Shown here piece after piece: positions 30,822 to 41,382 of a stretch of DNA of 64,000 nucleotides. Under the pieces are notes generated by a model, which did no database searches, was not told the DNA's origin, and saw nothing but the letters and a program-made list of their open reading frames with translations. This DNA is from an uncultured Phycisphaerales bacterium (GTDB lineage Bacteria > Planctomycetota > Phycisphaerae > Tepidisphaerales > Tepidisphaeraceae). Both the position numbers and the translations under genes were made by a program. Numbering within the stretch: the stretch's first letter is position 1; every line of letters starts with the position of its first letter. Where the stretch lies: positions 160,001 to 224,000 of the forward strand of contig CAWJPJ010000004.1 of the NCBI GenBank assembly GCA_963844715.1, written 5' to 3'.

Positions 30822-31740
30822 CGACGAACCGCCTGGTCAGATTCCCGTACGCGTCGATCCGCCGGTCGCGCAGAAACGGCCAGTGGGTGCGGCTGAATTC
30901 CACGCGGCCCAAATCGCAGTCCGCCAGCAAAACTTCCGGCTTGTTCCGCGACGCCTTGCCCACGATCGACCCGTCCGGCGCCGCCACGAAAGATTGGCCC
31001 CAAAATTCAATCCCGTCGCCATTCACGGGCTTTCCATCGCTCCCGAGGATTTTTTCCAGCCCAATCCGATTTGGCGCGCAGACATAACAGCCGTTGGCCA
31101 CCGCATGACTCCGCTGGATCAACTCCCAACTGTCATGCTGGGCCGCGCCGTACTGCTTCTTTTCGGTGGGATGCCATCCGATGGCCGTGGGATAGAAAAG
31201 AATTTGCGCGCCGGCCAAAGCCGTCAATCGCGCTCCTTCGGGGAACCACTGGTCCCAGCAGATGAGCACGCCGATTTTGGCGTACTTTGTTTCCCAGGCG
31301 CGAAATCCGGTGTCTCCCGGCGTGAAATAAAACTTTTCGTAATAGAGCGGGTCGTCCGGGATGTGCATTTTGCGATAGACGCCGAGGATGGAGCCATCGG
31401 CGTCGATGACCGCCGCCGTGTTGTGGTAAAGGCCCTGGGCCCGCTTTTCGAAAAGGGACGCGATGATCACGGCCCGGTTCTTTTTCGCCAATTTGCCCAG
31501 GGCATCGGTCGAGGGTCCGGGAATCGGTTCGGCGAGTTCGAAAAATCGATGGTCCTCCACCTGGCAGAAATATTGGGAGCGGAACAATTCCTGCGTGCAG
31601 ATAATGTTCGCGCCGCCTCGAGCGGCGCGCTCGACGAGGGCGAGCTGGTTTTTGAGGTTCACGCGGGGGTCGGGGCCGCAGGGCATTTGGGTTAGGCCTA
31701 CGGTCACAATCGAATCAGAATTTCGGGCAGTTTTCTTCAT
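30811..31740 (-). CDS. aguB: N-carbamoylputrescine amidohydrolase (nitrilase family)
   Basis: QELF, YRKMHIPDDP.YYEKFYF and ICWDQWFPE. Confidence 0.9.
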   Translation of the reverse strand: MKKTARNSDSIVTVGLTQMPCGPDPRVNLKNQLALVERAARGGANIICTQELFRSQYFCQVEDHRFFELAEPIPGPSTDALGKLAKKNRAVIIASLFEKRAQGLYHNTAAVIDADGSILGVYRKMHIPDDPLYYEKFYFTPGDTGFRAWETKYAKIGVLICWDQWFPEGARLTALAGAQILFYPTAIGWHPTEKKQYGAAQHDSWELIQRSHAVANGCYVCAPNRIGLEKILGSDGKPVNGDGIEFWGQSFVAAPDGSIVGKASRNKPEVLLADCDLGRVEFSRTHWPFLRDRRIDAYGNLTRRFVDAD

Positions 31741-32162
31741 CTTCTTCCCTCGCCCCGTGTACTTGCGGGGAGAGGGCCGGGGTGAGGGGCCGAAGGTCGT
31801 AATGCGCTATTCTTCAGGCAACTCTGCAAAATCGCGTCCAGGACCGAGTCCAAATGATCGAACACATCCGGGTTTTCGAATCCCAAAACTTCCAGGCCGG
31901 TCTTGCGCAAATCTTCTGTTCGCTTTAGATCATAGCCGATTCGCTGGGAATGCGAGTCTCCGTCCAATTCGACGGCGAGATTTGCTTCGGGACAATAAAA
32001 ATCGACGACATAGTGTAGGATTGCAAATTGGCGGCGGAATTTGAAACCCTGCAATTGGCGATTGCGAAGGGCGCTCCAAAGGATTTCCTCTGCGGGTGCG
32101 CACTCCTTGCGCATTTGGCGGGCGCGTTTCAGCAATATCGGGTCAACTCGGCTTGGTCGCAT
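31737..32162 (-). CDS. DUF559 / Vsr-like endonuclease domain protein
   Basis: AEEILWSALR..GFKFRRQ..VDFYC..LAVELDGDSH..D..R. Confidence 0.9.
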   Translation of the reverse strand: MRPSRVDPILLKRARQMRKECAPAEEILWSALRNRQLQGFKFRRQFAILHYVVDFYCPEANLAVELDGDSHSQRIGYDLKRTEDLRKTGLEVLGFENPDVFDHLDSVLDAILQSCLKNSALRPSAPHPGPLPASTRGEGRR

Positions 32163-32207
32163 TTGCCCCTCACCCTAACCCTCTCCCCGGAGTACCGGGG
32201 AGAGGGG
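31747..32207. mobile_element. Putative cassette: DUF559 gene between ~43-bp hairpin-containing inverted repeats
   Basis: gcccctcaccctaaccctctccccggagtaccggggagaggg (32165-) vs reverse complement of 31747-31790 gcccctcaccccggccctctccccgcaagtacacggggcgaggg. Confidence 0.65.
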
Positions 32208-32212
32208 ATAAG

Positions 32213-33157
32213 TCATTCGGTTTGCGCGAGGCTTAGGATGAATCTTTCCACGTTCTCTGCGGCATCACCTACGCCGGTTTTGGTTTGGTAGTCGATTTCT
32301 GCTAGCAAGTTGACCGCGCGTTCCAATCCTGCGGGGCCTAGCGACTGCGTTGTCTGTACGAATTTCTGCGCCAGTTCTCGCGGCCAGATTCGTAGGGTTT
32401 GGCCGATTGTAAACGCGTTTTGGCCTGTTCGCAGCATGGCTAGGGCTTTGCGCACATTTTCCAGCCAGATGCATAGCCAGGTGACGGCTCGGAATTCCGC
32501 CGAGGAATCCCCTTGCACCAATTGGCGCCAGCGCGTTAGCGCCTCGGTCGCATTTCCCGCGGCCAGGGCGTTGGTCAGGTCCCACATCTCCCTTTCGCGC
32601 TGGAACGCGACGGAGTCGGCGACTTCCTCCGGGCCGATCTTGCGCGACGGGCACGCCAGCGCCAATTTCGCTAATTCGCCGTCGATGCGTCCCAGTTCGT
32701 CGCCGATGCGATCGGCTAGCATTCGTGCGGCGTCCGGCGAAATCGTCAGCCCGTGGACTTTTTTGCCTCGCTCGATCGTCCATGCGGCGATGTCCTTGGG
32801 CGGCGCACAGGATATGATCTCCCCGGTCTTGTAAATTGCCTTGTAAATCCGCTGATTTGAGGGGAGCGAATTCAATCGAAGTACCAGGACCGCGCTCTGT
32901 GACGGCTCGGCCACGTATTCTTCCAACTGCTCGCGGAATCGGGAGATCAATTCCTCCGCATCGCGGACCACGACGACTTTCCCGCTGCCGAAGAGCGCAA
33001 AGCTTCGCAGATCGTCTAGCACGTCCGCCAGTTCGGCGGTTTCCCCCTCGACATCCACGCGCTGGGTATCGGGCGGCAGCGATTTTAGAACCGCCTGGAG
33101 CGCCTCCAACTGAAGGAGCGCGTCGGGGCCGACCAGAGCGTATACGGGCTTGCCCAT
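32213..33157 (-). CDS. holA: DNA polymerase III delta subunit
   Basis: PVYALVG, ALFGSGKVVVVRDAE, ELAKLAL and WDLTNAL; typical length. Confidence 0.8.
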   Translation of the reverse strand: MGKPVYALVGPDALLQLEALQAVLKSLPPDTQRVDVEGETAELADVLDDLRSFALFGSGKVVVVRDAEELISRFREQLEEYVAEPSQSAVLVLRLNSLPSNQRIYKAIYKTGEIISCAPPKDIAAWTIERGKKVHGLTISPDAARMLADRIGDELGRIDGELAKLALACPSRKIGPEEVADSVAFQREREMWDLTNALAAGNATEALTRWRQLVQGDSSAEFRAVTWLCIWLENVRKALAMLRTGQNAFTIGQTLRIWPRELAQKFVQTTQSLGPAGLERAVNLLAEIDYQTKTGVGDAAENVERFILSLAQTE

Positions 33158-33334
33158 ATCTTTTTTAGGGTAACCGATCTGAATGTTTATTAAAGCGCAA
33201 TGACATTTCTCGTACCCCATCCCGTGCCACTTCCCTTGGGAAATAAATCCGTTACACTTTCTACCGCTCTGTGAATGGAGGGAAGCTCCCGCAGGCGGGA
33301 ACGGAATCCGAGGAGCACCTTAGGGAGAAGTGCC

Positions 33335-34084
33335 ATGTCGAATCCGTATTCATCGTTCTGTGAAGATTTCTACGTCAACATGCGTGTCGGGTCGCAATTG
33401 AATATGCCGCACCAGCGGGAGACGGTGCTGGCGTTTTTCGAGCGGGTTCAAAAAGAATTTCCCGCCATGACGCGTTTTCGCAAGAGCGAGAACGGGGAGT
33501 TTCATCTCGAGGAAGATCGGGGCGGACAAAACTACCGGTGGGTGAGCCTTGAGGCCAAACGGTTGACGGCGGGGCACGTCAATCCGGCGACCGTGGCTGA
33601 GTCGCTGCGTCTGCACCGGTTTCTTCTCGAACTGGCCCCGTATCATCTTGGGTTGAGCAGTCTCGAAATCGATTATCTCGACGTTTTATTCGGCTTCGAT
33701 CTTTCCTTCAGCGGCAATCACGACGAAATCATTGCCGAGAGCTTGATGGCCGATTCGCCCCTGGTCTGCCTGAGCGAGGAACCGGGCGCCAAGGCGGTTG
33801 ATTTTCAGCCGACGGTCACCGTCGCCCTGAGCGACGACTGCCGGCTTCAGGCTCGCATCGACATCGTCACCCGCACCAACAGTTATCAGGTTCGCACCGG
33901 CGACTACTCGGACGATGTGATCAGCGTTTATCTGATCTTGCGGCGATATTGGGGCGACCGGCCGCGAGATCCGATGGAAAAGTTGCTTGGCGAGCTGGCT
34001 TCGCGAGCCGAGGAATTGTGCGACCGGCATGTGCTGCCTAAAGTGATCCGCCCGATCTCGGCGGCGATTGCCTCCCGTTCGTGA
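33335..34084 (+). CDS. Hypothetical protein
   Basis: 249-aa ORF with a GGAG ribosome-binding site and globular composition. Confidence 0.75.
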   Translation: MSNPYSSFCEDFYVNMRVGSQLNMPHQRETVLAFFERVQKEFPAMTRFRKSENGEFHLEEDRGGQNYRWVSLEAKRLTAGHVNPATVAESLRLHRFLLELAPYHLGLSSLEIDYLDVLFGFDLSFSGNHDEIIAESLMADSPLVCLSEEPGAKAVDFQPTVTVALSDDCRLQARIDIVTRTNSYQVRTGDYSDDVISVYLILRRYWGDRPRDPMEKLLGELASRAEELCDRHVLPKVIRPISAAIASRS

Positions 34085-34096
34085 CGGCGAGGCATT

Positions 34097-34318
34097 ATGA
34101 TAGAGGGCATGTCGGCTGAGGAGAATCCGACAAGTCGGTTCCGCCCGGAGGCGGCGGAACATCTGAAAAAACTGGCGGCGCAGTTGCAGGAGGAGGAGGA
34201 CGAGTTATCCCGTCCCAACGAAGCGATCGATGCCGGCACGATGGCCGAAGGGCGCCGTGCCGCCGCCGAAGCGCTCGAGGCCGCCCGACGACTCTCCGCT
34301 GCCCTGGGGGAATCATGA
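34097..34318 (+). CDS. Small acidic hypothetical protein
   Basis: Short ORF fitting between co-oriented genes. Confidence 0.5.
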   Translation: MIEGMSAEENPTSRFRPEAAEHLKKLAAQLQEEEDELSRPNEAIDAGTMAEGRRAAAEALEAARRLSAALGES

Positions 34319-34359
34319 TTACCCCGCCGCAGGATGGTTGAGTCTCCCGAAAGGTTTGC

Positions 34360-35241
34360 ATGACCACAGAAGCCGCTGAAACCGCGCCTGAATCCCAAGG
34401 ACCGGTCATCGCCGCGCAGGGGAGCTATTACCGCGTGACGCGGTATATCATGACCGGCATCCTGTTCCTGTACGGCGGCTGGTCGATCTACGACGGCTTC
34501 TATAGTTGGCCGCGCTGGCCCATCTCCCATCCCGATGAAATGCCGAAAACCCCGATGGACATCATGTTCAACCGGGTGCTTGGCTGCGTTCTTCCACTGG
34601 TTGCAATTTATCTCCTCATGCGATGTCTTCGTAATTCGCGCGGGGAGTACCGGCTCGAGGACGGGGTTGTCCATATCCCGGGCTATCCGCCCGTTCCTCT
34701 GGATAAAATTCATGCCGTCGATCGCGAATTGTGGGACCGCAAGGGAATCGCGTATGTCAGTTACGAACTGCCCCCCGGCACGGCCAAGGCCCCGATGAAA
34801 GACGCGGACGAATTTCCCCTTGACGATTTCGTTTATGAGAGGGAACCCACCGACAAGATTTTCGAGGCGATCGAGGCCTCGGTTTTGAAAGGCCAGCCTG
34901 CGGCTGCCGAGCCCGAGCAACAAGCCCGATCACAGCCGAAAGCTATTGCTGCCGCCGCGGCCAAGCCTGCGCCGATTGTTCCCAAACCCGCGCCGGCTAT
35001 TGCAAAGCCGGCCCCGGCGGCAGTCGCCAGGCCCGCGCCTCCGGTCGCGAGACCCACGGCTCCAGTTGCCAAGCCGGCTCAGCCTGTGGCGAAGCCTGCG
35101 GTGATGCCGCCTAGGCCTGGTCAAGCGGTCGCCAAGCCGGTTCCGGTTGCTAAGCCTGGGGTGAAACCTGTTCCGGGCGCGAAACCGGCACAGCCGCCCA
35201 GCGCTATGCCGACTAAAATGCCGCCGCGGCCTCAGCTCTAA
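34360..35241 (+). CDS. Two-TM membrane protein with Pro/Ala/Lys-rich tail
   Basis: Two hydrophobic helices; repeated VAKPA/ARPA units. Confidence 0.75.
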   Translation: MTTEAAETAPESQGPVIAAQGSYYRVTRYIMTGILFLYGGWSIYDGFYSWPRWPISHPDEMPKTPMDIMFNRVLGCVLPLVAIYLLMRCLRNSRGEYRLEDGVVHIPGYPPVPLDKIHAVDRELWDRKGIAYVSYELPPGTAKAPMKDADEFPLDDFVYEREPTDKIFEAIEASVLKGQPAAAEPEQQARSQPKAIAAAAAKPAPIVPKPAPAIAKPAPAAVARPAPPVARPTAPVAKPAQPVAKPAVMPPRPGQAVAKPVPVAKPGVKPVPGAKPAQPPSAMPTKMPPRPQL

Positions 35242-35335
35242 AGGGGGGACCATGATTCTGGTGCATCGAAGGACACGCCCCGCGAGCGGGGCCGCTAAGG
35301 GCGGGGAGTGAGGATGTTGCTGAATCTGCTATTTA

Positions 35336-36361
35336 GAGCATTTCCCAAATTAAACTAGCGGCTGGCGGTAACCGCAATGGCGGAAAAATCCCGCGGCATC
35401 TTCGGTCGTAACGGCGTCCATTGCCGCGAACACAGCCCGGACCAAGGTGTCGAACGTTCTGGGCTCCGCCGAGCGGATCAGTTGCTTCGCTTTGCTCCAC
35501 ATCATCTCGATCGGATTCAAATCCGGCGAGTAGGGTGGCAGCAACCACAGTTCGCAGCCGGCGGCTTCGATCAGGCGTCGCACTTCTGAATGTTTGTGCG
35601 GCTGCAAATTGTCCATCACCACGATGTCCCCGCTTCGCAGGCTGGGCACGAGCGCTTCACGCACCCAGGCGACAAAAACATCGCTGTCCATCGCCCCTTG
35701 AACAATCGCGCCGGCGGTCGCGCCGTCGAGCCGAACCGCGGCGATCATGGTGGTCGTGCTCCAGTGTCCGGCCGGGGTCTTGCACAACAACCGTTCGCCG
35801 CGGCCGCACCGGCCACGCAATCGGGTGAAGTTCGTCTTGGCCCCGGATTCATCCACAAAAACAAGACGCTCGGGATCGACGTCCTTCAGCCGCCGACGCC
35901 ACTGCGTCCGCGCGGCGGCGACGTCGGGCCGATCCTGCTCGGACGCGTGGAGAGACTTTTTTTAAAGGAGAGGCCCAGCTTCCTGAGCCAACGGTCGACC
36001 GTCGACAGCGACACGTCCAGCGCCAACTTCTCTTTGATCTCGTTGAGCGTGGCATCCGGCCGGGCGGCCACGAACCGACTCAAACGAGTCTTCAACTCGC
36101 CGGTCAACTTCCCCTTGCGGCCACGAAGATGAAGCAGCGGTTCGGCCGTCCCCCGTTCACGTTCATCCTGTCGCACGCGGCGGACGGCCGACTCGCATCG
36201 GCCGAAGATCGCGGAAATCTCCTTCGTGCCTTTGCCGGCACGATACGCCGACATGATCCATCGACGGGTCAGAGCGGTTTGCGATGCCATGGCAACCTCC
36301 TTGTTGAATCGGAGATTAGCAAAACAGCATCGATGGCGCTAGTTTAAAATGGGAAATGCTC
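35336..36361 (-). mobile_element. IS630-family insertion sequence
   Basis: TIR gagcatttcccaaattaaactagcg / gagcatttcccattttaaactagcg, flanking TA duplication, and a transposase. Confidence 0.92.
35350..36290 (-). CDS. IS630 transposase (two frames joined at TTTAAAAAAAG)
   Basis: HTH orfA 35886..36290; orfB with DESG, VMDNL..H and LPPYSPDLNPIE. Confidence 0.92.
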
Positions 36362-36459
36362 TAGGGACGGGGATCGCTGAAAATAGATTTCCTTGCGGAC
36401 GTGTGGTGCCGCGCGCGGACGGGGGCCGGCGCTGGGGGAGGGATTGGTGTCGGGCTTGG

Positions 36460-36858
36460 TTATGCCAAAGGCGGTGCACCGGTCGGTCGCGGGCGGACCG
36501 CGCCGGCTGTCAGGGGCGAATCCGCCAGGGGGCGCTGATAGGTCTGGCTTACTTTCCTCAGCAAATCCACGAACTCGACCTGGGCGAGGTTCAGGTTCTT
36601 GATCTTGATATGGGAAACGATCTTTGATTGGAGCGATTCCAGTTGCATGCGCTGGGCGTCGGTGACGGGGCGGCCAGTTTGCTCCTGGCGGGCCAGGGAT
36701 TCGATTTGCCGCTCAAATTCCGCGAGCAGTCGGCCCGCCTCGGGGTCGTCGCTGACCGCCTTTTGGGCCGCTTTGAACCTTTCCACGGCGGGATGCTCCT
36801 TGAGCATTTGCCCGAGTTTCTCGGCCGCGTCTAGGATTTGCTGCGTATCTGTCGCCAT
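36460..36858 (-). CDS. YlbF/YmcA family regulator
   Basis: ILDAAEKLGQMLKEHP..FKAAQKAVSDDPEA helical pattern. Confidence 0.75.
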   Translation of the reverse strand: MATDTQQILDAAEKLGQMLKEHPAVERFKAAQKAVSDDPEAGRLLAEFERQIESLARQEQTGRPVTDAQRMQLESLQSKIVSHIKIKNLNLAQVEFVDLLRKVSQTYQRPLADSPLTAGAVRPRPTGAPPLA

Positions 36859-36968
36859 GTCGCTCCTTGTTTCAAGCCACTATAATCGAGCGATGTAGAA
36901 CGGACAAAGCGGAGAAAAAACGGCGGACCCGGCGGATGGCCATCCGTCGGCTTTTGCTGCGAGAATAG

Positions 36969-38014
36969 ATGACGCCCTCACGTTACCAGCGACAGGAGAT
37001 TCTTCCGCAGATTGGGGTTGCGGGGCAGCTGCGCCTGGCCCAGGCGCGGGTTCTGCTTATCGGGATCGGTGCGTTGGGGGGGTGCTTTCTGAATTGACTG
37101 TTCGCGCTGGGGTGGGGTGGGTCAGGCTTGTCGATCGCGATCTGGTCGAGTTGAATAATCTTCAGCGGCAGACGCTTTTTGATGAGAGCGACGCCACGAG
37201 CGAACTGCCGAAATCCGTTGCGGCGCTGCGGCGATTGTCGGCCATCAATTCATCGGTGCGCCTCGAATCGATTGTCGCTGACGCCAATGCCGGGAATATT
37301 GAATCGCTGGTGCGCATGCAGGACAAACCGGCGGACCTGATCCTTGACGGAACGGACAATGCTTCGACGCGATACTTAATCAACGATCTGTGTGTGCGCG
37401 ATGGAATTCCATGGGTTCATGGCGGCTGCGTGGGCACGACGGGGCGGGTCATGGGGATTTGGCCGGGGAAGACGGCCTGTCTGCGATGTTTGTATCCGAA
37501 GCCTCCCAATGGCCAGGAGCTGCCTACGTGCGACACGGCGGGGGTGCTGGGGCCCGCTGCCGCGGCGACGGCGGCCCTTCAGGCGGGGGTTGCTCTGCGA
37601 TTTCTGGTTGAGGGGGTGCCTGGAAACTCTCCATTGCTGGCGCTGGACGTCTGGAAGCGGGAATTCCGCGAATTTGGCTCCGCATCGCATCCCCAGGCGG
37701 ATTGCCCTTGCTGCGGGAGGCGTGAGTTTCCTTTTCTCTCGACGGAAGCCGAGGATTTCACTACAACACTCTGCGGCCGCGGAGCGGTGCAAGTTCAGTT
37801 GGCAGGGCGGCATGTGGATATTCCCCTGGCGGTTGCGGCCGAGCGCCTGCGACCGGCGGGGGCCGTGCGAACCAATGCCTATTTCTTGCGATGTAGCTTG
37901 AACGATGCCCCGGGGATCGAATTAACCCTCTTTCCCGATGGCAGGCTGCTCGTCCAGGGAACCACCGACCCGTTGCGCGCCAAGTCGCTATATGCAAGAT
38001 ATATAGGGAGTTAA
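36969..38014 (+). CDS. ThiF/MoeB family adenylyltransferase (frameshift near N-terminus)
   Basis: RYQRQ, GIGALG, DRDLVELNNLQRQ, DGTDN, CLRC, TCDTAGV and CPCC. Confidence 0.9.
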
Positions 38015-38086
38015 GTTCTTAGTCTTCCGCCAATTAAAGGCGAACTTGAACAAAACCCTATTTCCCTCTAGCATTACTAGGAAATT

Positions 38087-39042
38087 ATGTCTATGGCGGT
38101 CACGCCACGTTCGCCAACGCAGGGTCGATCAGTGCTGGAGTTGATCGGCAATACCCCTCTTCTGCGCTTCCGGCGGATCGTCGCGGATCACGATGTCGAG
38201 GTCTGTGCCAAGGCGGAATGGTTCAATCCCGGGGGGAGTGTCAAGGATCGAGCGGCGTTGAATATGATCCTCGACGGGGAACGCCGCGGCCTCCTGACCC
38301 GGCAAAAAATCCTTATCGACGCCACCAGCGGGAATACCGGCATCGCTTACGCCATGATCGCGGCTGAAAAAGGGTATCGCGTTACGCTCGCTCTGCCTAA
38401 AAACGCCAGTATCGAACGCAAGCAATGCCTTCAGGCTTACGGGGCGGAGCTGATTCTCACCGACCCAACCGAGGGCACGGATGGCGCCAGCGGTTCGTGC
38501 GCAAACTCGTGGATGCCGATCCTGATAAATATTTTTACCCCGACCAGTACAACAACGATGCGAATTGGCGCGCCCATTACGAAACCACGGCGATGGAAAT
38601 CTGGCGGCAAACGGAAGGGCGCGTTACTCATTTCGTCACCGGCCTGGGGACGACCGGCACGTTCATGGGCGTCACTCGCCGGCTCAAGGAACTTAATCCC
38701 GCGATTCAGTGCATCAGCATGGAGCCGGATGCGCCGCTGCACGGCCTGGAAGGACTGAAGCACATGGCGACGGCGCTCGTGCCGGGCATTTATGACCCGT
38801 CCATTGCTGACGGCAGAATCGAAGTGGCCACTGAAGACGCGCAGAAAATGGTTTTGAAATTGGCGCGGCAGGAGGGACTGCTGGTCGGCGTCTCTTCGGG
38901 CGGAAATCTGCATGCGGCGATGGAAGTCGCGAAAAAAATCACCGAAGGCGTGGTGGTCACCATCTTTTGCGATTCGGCGGCGAAATATTTGTCGGAAAGT
39001 TTTTGGCACGAGCCTGATCCGCAATCGGAGGTTTGGCCATGA
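38087..39042 (+). CDS. cysM: PLP-dependent cysteine synthase, CysM-like (frameshifted)
   Basis: IGNTPL, NPGGSVKDR, TSGNTG, DQYNN and GLGTTGT. Confidence 0.85.
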
Positions 39043-39506
39043 GCGCTCCGACCCGGCTTATCCTCACCGAAAGTCAGATCGATCAGATCGAGAAGGAAGG
39101 GGAGGCCGCGTATCCTTCGGAATGCTGCGGGGCGATCCTTGGCCGCGACGTGAAAGACGCCGAGGGAATCCGGCGGCAGGTCATCCGCCTTGAAGCGCTG
39201 AAGAATTCCTTTCGGGCCGACGAACAATTTCACCGCTTTTCGCTGGACCCGAAGGAACTGATCGACGTTGAAAAGCGCGCCGGCGAAGCGAAGTTGAACG
39301 TGCTGGGGTTTTACCACAGCCATCCCGACCATCCTGCCCGGCCCAGCGAATACGATCGCACGCACGCGTGGCCGTATTACAGCTATTTGATCGTCGAGAT
39401 CGCGGGCGGAAAAGCCGCCGAAATGACCAGTTGGCAGCTTGACCCCGGCACAGAACAATTCATCTCTGAGGAAATCGCTGCCGAGCATGAAAGGACCGCG
39501 CCATGA
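39039..39506 (+). CDS. JAB/MPN (M67, Mec-like) metallopeptidase
   Basis: YPSECCG and YHSHPDHPARPSEYD (HxHx7Sx2D). Confidence 0.92.
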   Translation: MSAPTRLILTESQIDQIEKEGEAAYPSECCGAILGRDVKDAEGIRRQVIRLEALKNSFRADEQFHRFSLDPKELIDVEKRAGEAKLNVLGFYHSHPDHPARPSEYDRTHAWPYYSYLIVEIAGGKAAEMTSWQLDPGTEQFISEEIAAEHERTAP

Positions 39507-40384
39507 GCACCGAATACGCCCATCCGGAAATGCTGGTCAGCACCGATTGGGTCAGCCAGCATACGGGTGACCCCAATGTGAAGCTCGTCGAAGTGGACGT
39601 TGATACCGCCAGCTATGAGCAGCGCCACATTCGCAATGCCATCGGCTGGAATTGGCAAACCGATCTTAATGACCGAATCCGACGCGACATCATCGATCCG
39701 CGGAGTTTCGCGGAATTGAATCGTGCCGCGGGAATTCGGCCGACCGACACGGTTATCTTTTATGGCGACAACAACAACTGGTTTGCCGCCTGGGCTCTGT
39801 GGCAGTTCAAATATCACGGGCACAAAGACGTCAAGCTCATGAACGGCGGCAGAAAAAAGTGGGAATTGGAAAAACGCGAGTTGGTGAAAGATCATCCGCA
39901 TTTTCCGCGCAGCGAATATCCTGTCCCGACCACGGACGAAAGCGTTCGCGCCTATCGCCAGCAGGTGATGGAAACGCTTAACAAGGGTCTGGTTAATCTC
40001 GTCGACGTGCGCTCGCCGGACGAATTTACCGGCAAGGTCATCGCGCCACCGGGCATGACGGAAACCGCCCAGCGCGGCGGGCATATTCCCGGCGCGAAGA
40101 GCATCCCCTGGTCCAAAACCGCCAACGAGGACGGTACCTTCAAATCCACCGAAGAGCTTCGCAAACTTTATGGCGAGGCCGGCATCGATTTCACGCGGCC
40201 GACGATCGCCTATTGCCGCATCGGCGAGCGATCGAGCCACACCTGGTTCGTGCTGAAGTACCTGCTTGGCGTTTCCAATGTGAAGAATTACGATGGCAGT
40301 TGGACGGAATGGGGCAACCTCGTGGGGGCCCCGATTGAAACGGGCGGCGGGCCGACGCCCCTGCCTGACGTGAAATGCCAATAA
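39503..40384 (+). CDS. Tandem rhodanese sulfurtransferase
   Basis: [20 protein letters not shown] and YDGSWTEW. Confidence 0.93.
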   Translation: MSTEYAHPEMLVSTDWVSQHTGDPNVKLVEVDVDTASYEQRHIRNAIGWNWQTDLNDRIRRDIIDPRSFAELNRAAGIRPTDTVIFYGDNNNWFAAWALWQFKYHGHKDVKLMNGGRKKWELEKRELVKDHPHFPRSEYPVPTTDESVRAYRQQVMETLNKGLVNLVDVRSPDEFTGKVIAPPGMTETAQRGGHIPGAKSIPWSKTANEDGTFKSTEELRKLYGEAGIDFTRPTIAYCRIGERSSHTWFVLKYLLGVSNVKNYDGSWTEWGNLVGAPIETGGGPTPLPDVKCQ

Positions 40385-40412
40385 ACACTCGATTCAACTG
40401 CCGAGGTGCGAC

Positions 40413-41375
40413 ATGCCCTTGAAGCCGCAGGGAAAAATATTCAACGACATCACCGAGACGATCGGCGGCACGCCGCTGGTTCGCCTCAACCGCATTATTC
40501 CCAAGGACGGGGCGACCGTTCTGGTGAAGTGCGAATTCTTTAATCCGCTGTCCAGCGTGAAGGACCGGATCGGCCTGGCGATGATTGAAGCCGGGGAAAA
40601 GTCCGGAAAGATCAATCCGTCCACGGTCATCGTGGAGCCGACCAGCGGCAACACCGGGATCGCCTTGGCGTTCGTCTGCGCCGCCAAGGGGTACAAGTTG
40701 ATCCTCACCATGCCGGAAAGCATGAGCATCGAGCGGCGCCGGCTGCTGAAGGCGCTGGGAGCGCAAGTGGTGCTGACGCCCGCCGCGGATGGGATGCGCG
40801 GCGCGATCGAAAAGGCCAAGGCGATTCTTACCGAGCACAAGAGCAGCTTCATGCCGCAGCAGTTTGAGAATCCCGCCAATCCGGAGATACACCGCAAGAC
40901 GACCGCCGAGGAAATCTGGCAGGATACCGACGGGAAAGTGGACATTCTTGTCGCCGGCGTGGGAACCGGCGGGACGATCACCGGGGTCAGCGAAGTTATC
41001 AAGCCGCGAAAGCCTTCGTTCAAGGCGATCGCCGTCGAGCCGGTCAATTCGCCGGTGATTACTGAGACGCTTAACCATCAGCCGCTCAAGCCCGGGCGTC
41101 ACAAGATCCAGGGCATCGGCGCGGGCTTCGTGCCTGAGAATCTGCATCTGAAAATCGTGGACGAAGTCATCCAAGTCACCGACGAAGAAGCCTTCGCCTG
41201 GGCGCGCCGGCTTGCCAAAGAGGAAGGAATTTTCGGCGGGATCAGTTCCGGGGGCAATGTCGCCGCCGCCGCCAAGGTCGCCGCCCGCCCCGAAAACAAG
41301 GGCAAACTCATCGTCACCGTGATGTGTAGTTTCGGCGAACGGTATCTGAGCACGCCCCTTTTCGAGGAGGAATAA
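40413..41375 (+). CDS. cysK: Cysteine synthase A
   Basis: [22 protein letters not shown] and HKIQGIG. Confidence 0.95.
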   Translation: MPLKPQGKIFNDITETIGGTPLVRLNRIIPKDGATVLVKCEFFNPLSSVKDRIGLAMIEAGEKSGKINPSTVIVEPTSGNTGIALAFVCAAKGYKLILTMPESMSIERRRLLKALGAQVVLTPAADGMRGAIEKAKAILTEHKSSFMPQQFENPANPEIHRKTTAEEIWQDTDGKVDILVAGVGTGGTITGVSEVIKPRKPSFKAIAVEPVNSPVITETLNHQPLKPGRHKIQGIGAGFVPENLHLKIVDEVIQVTDEEAFAWARRLAKEEGIFGGISSGGNVAAAAKVAARPENKGKLIVTVMCSFGERYLSTPLFEEE

Positions 41376-41382
41376 GAGTCTC

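Noticed and set aside
34940..35230. DNA repeat array
   Set aside because: In-frame Pro/Ala/Lys low-complexity protein tail
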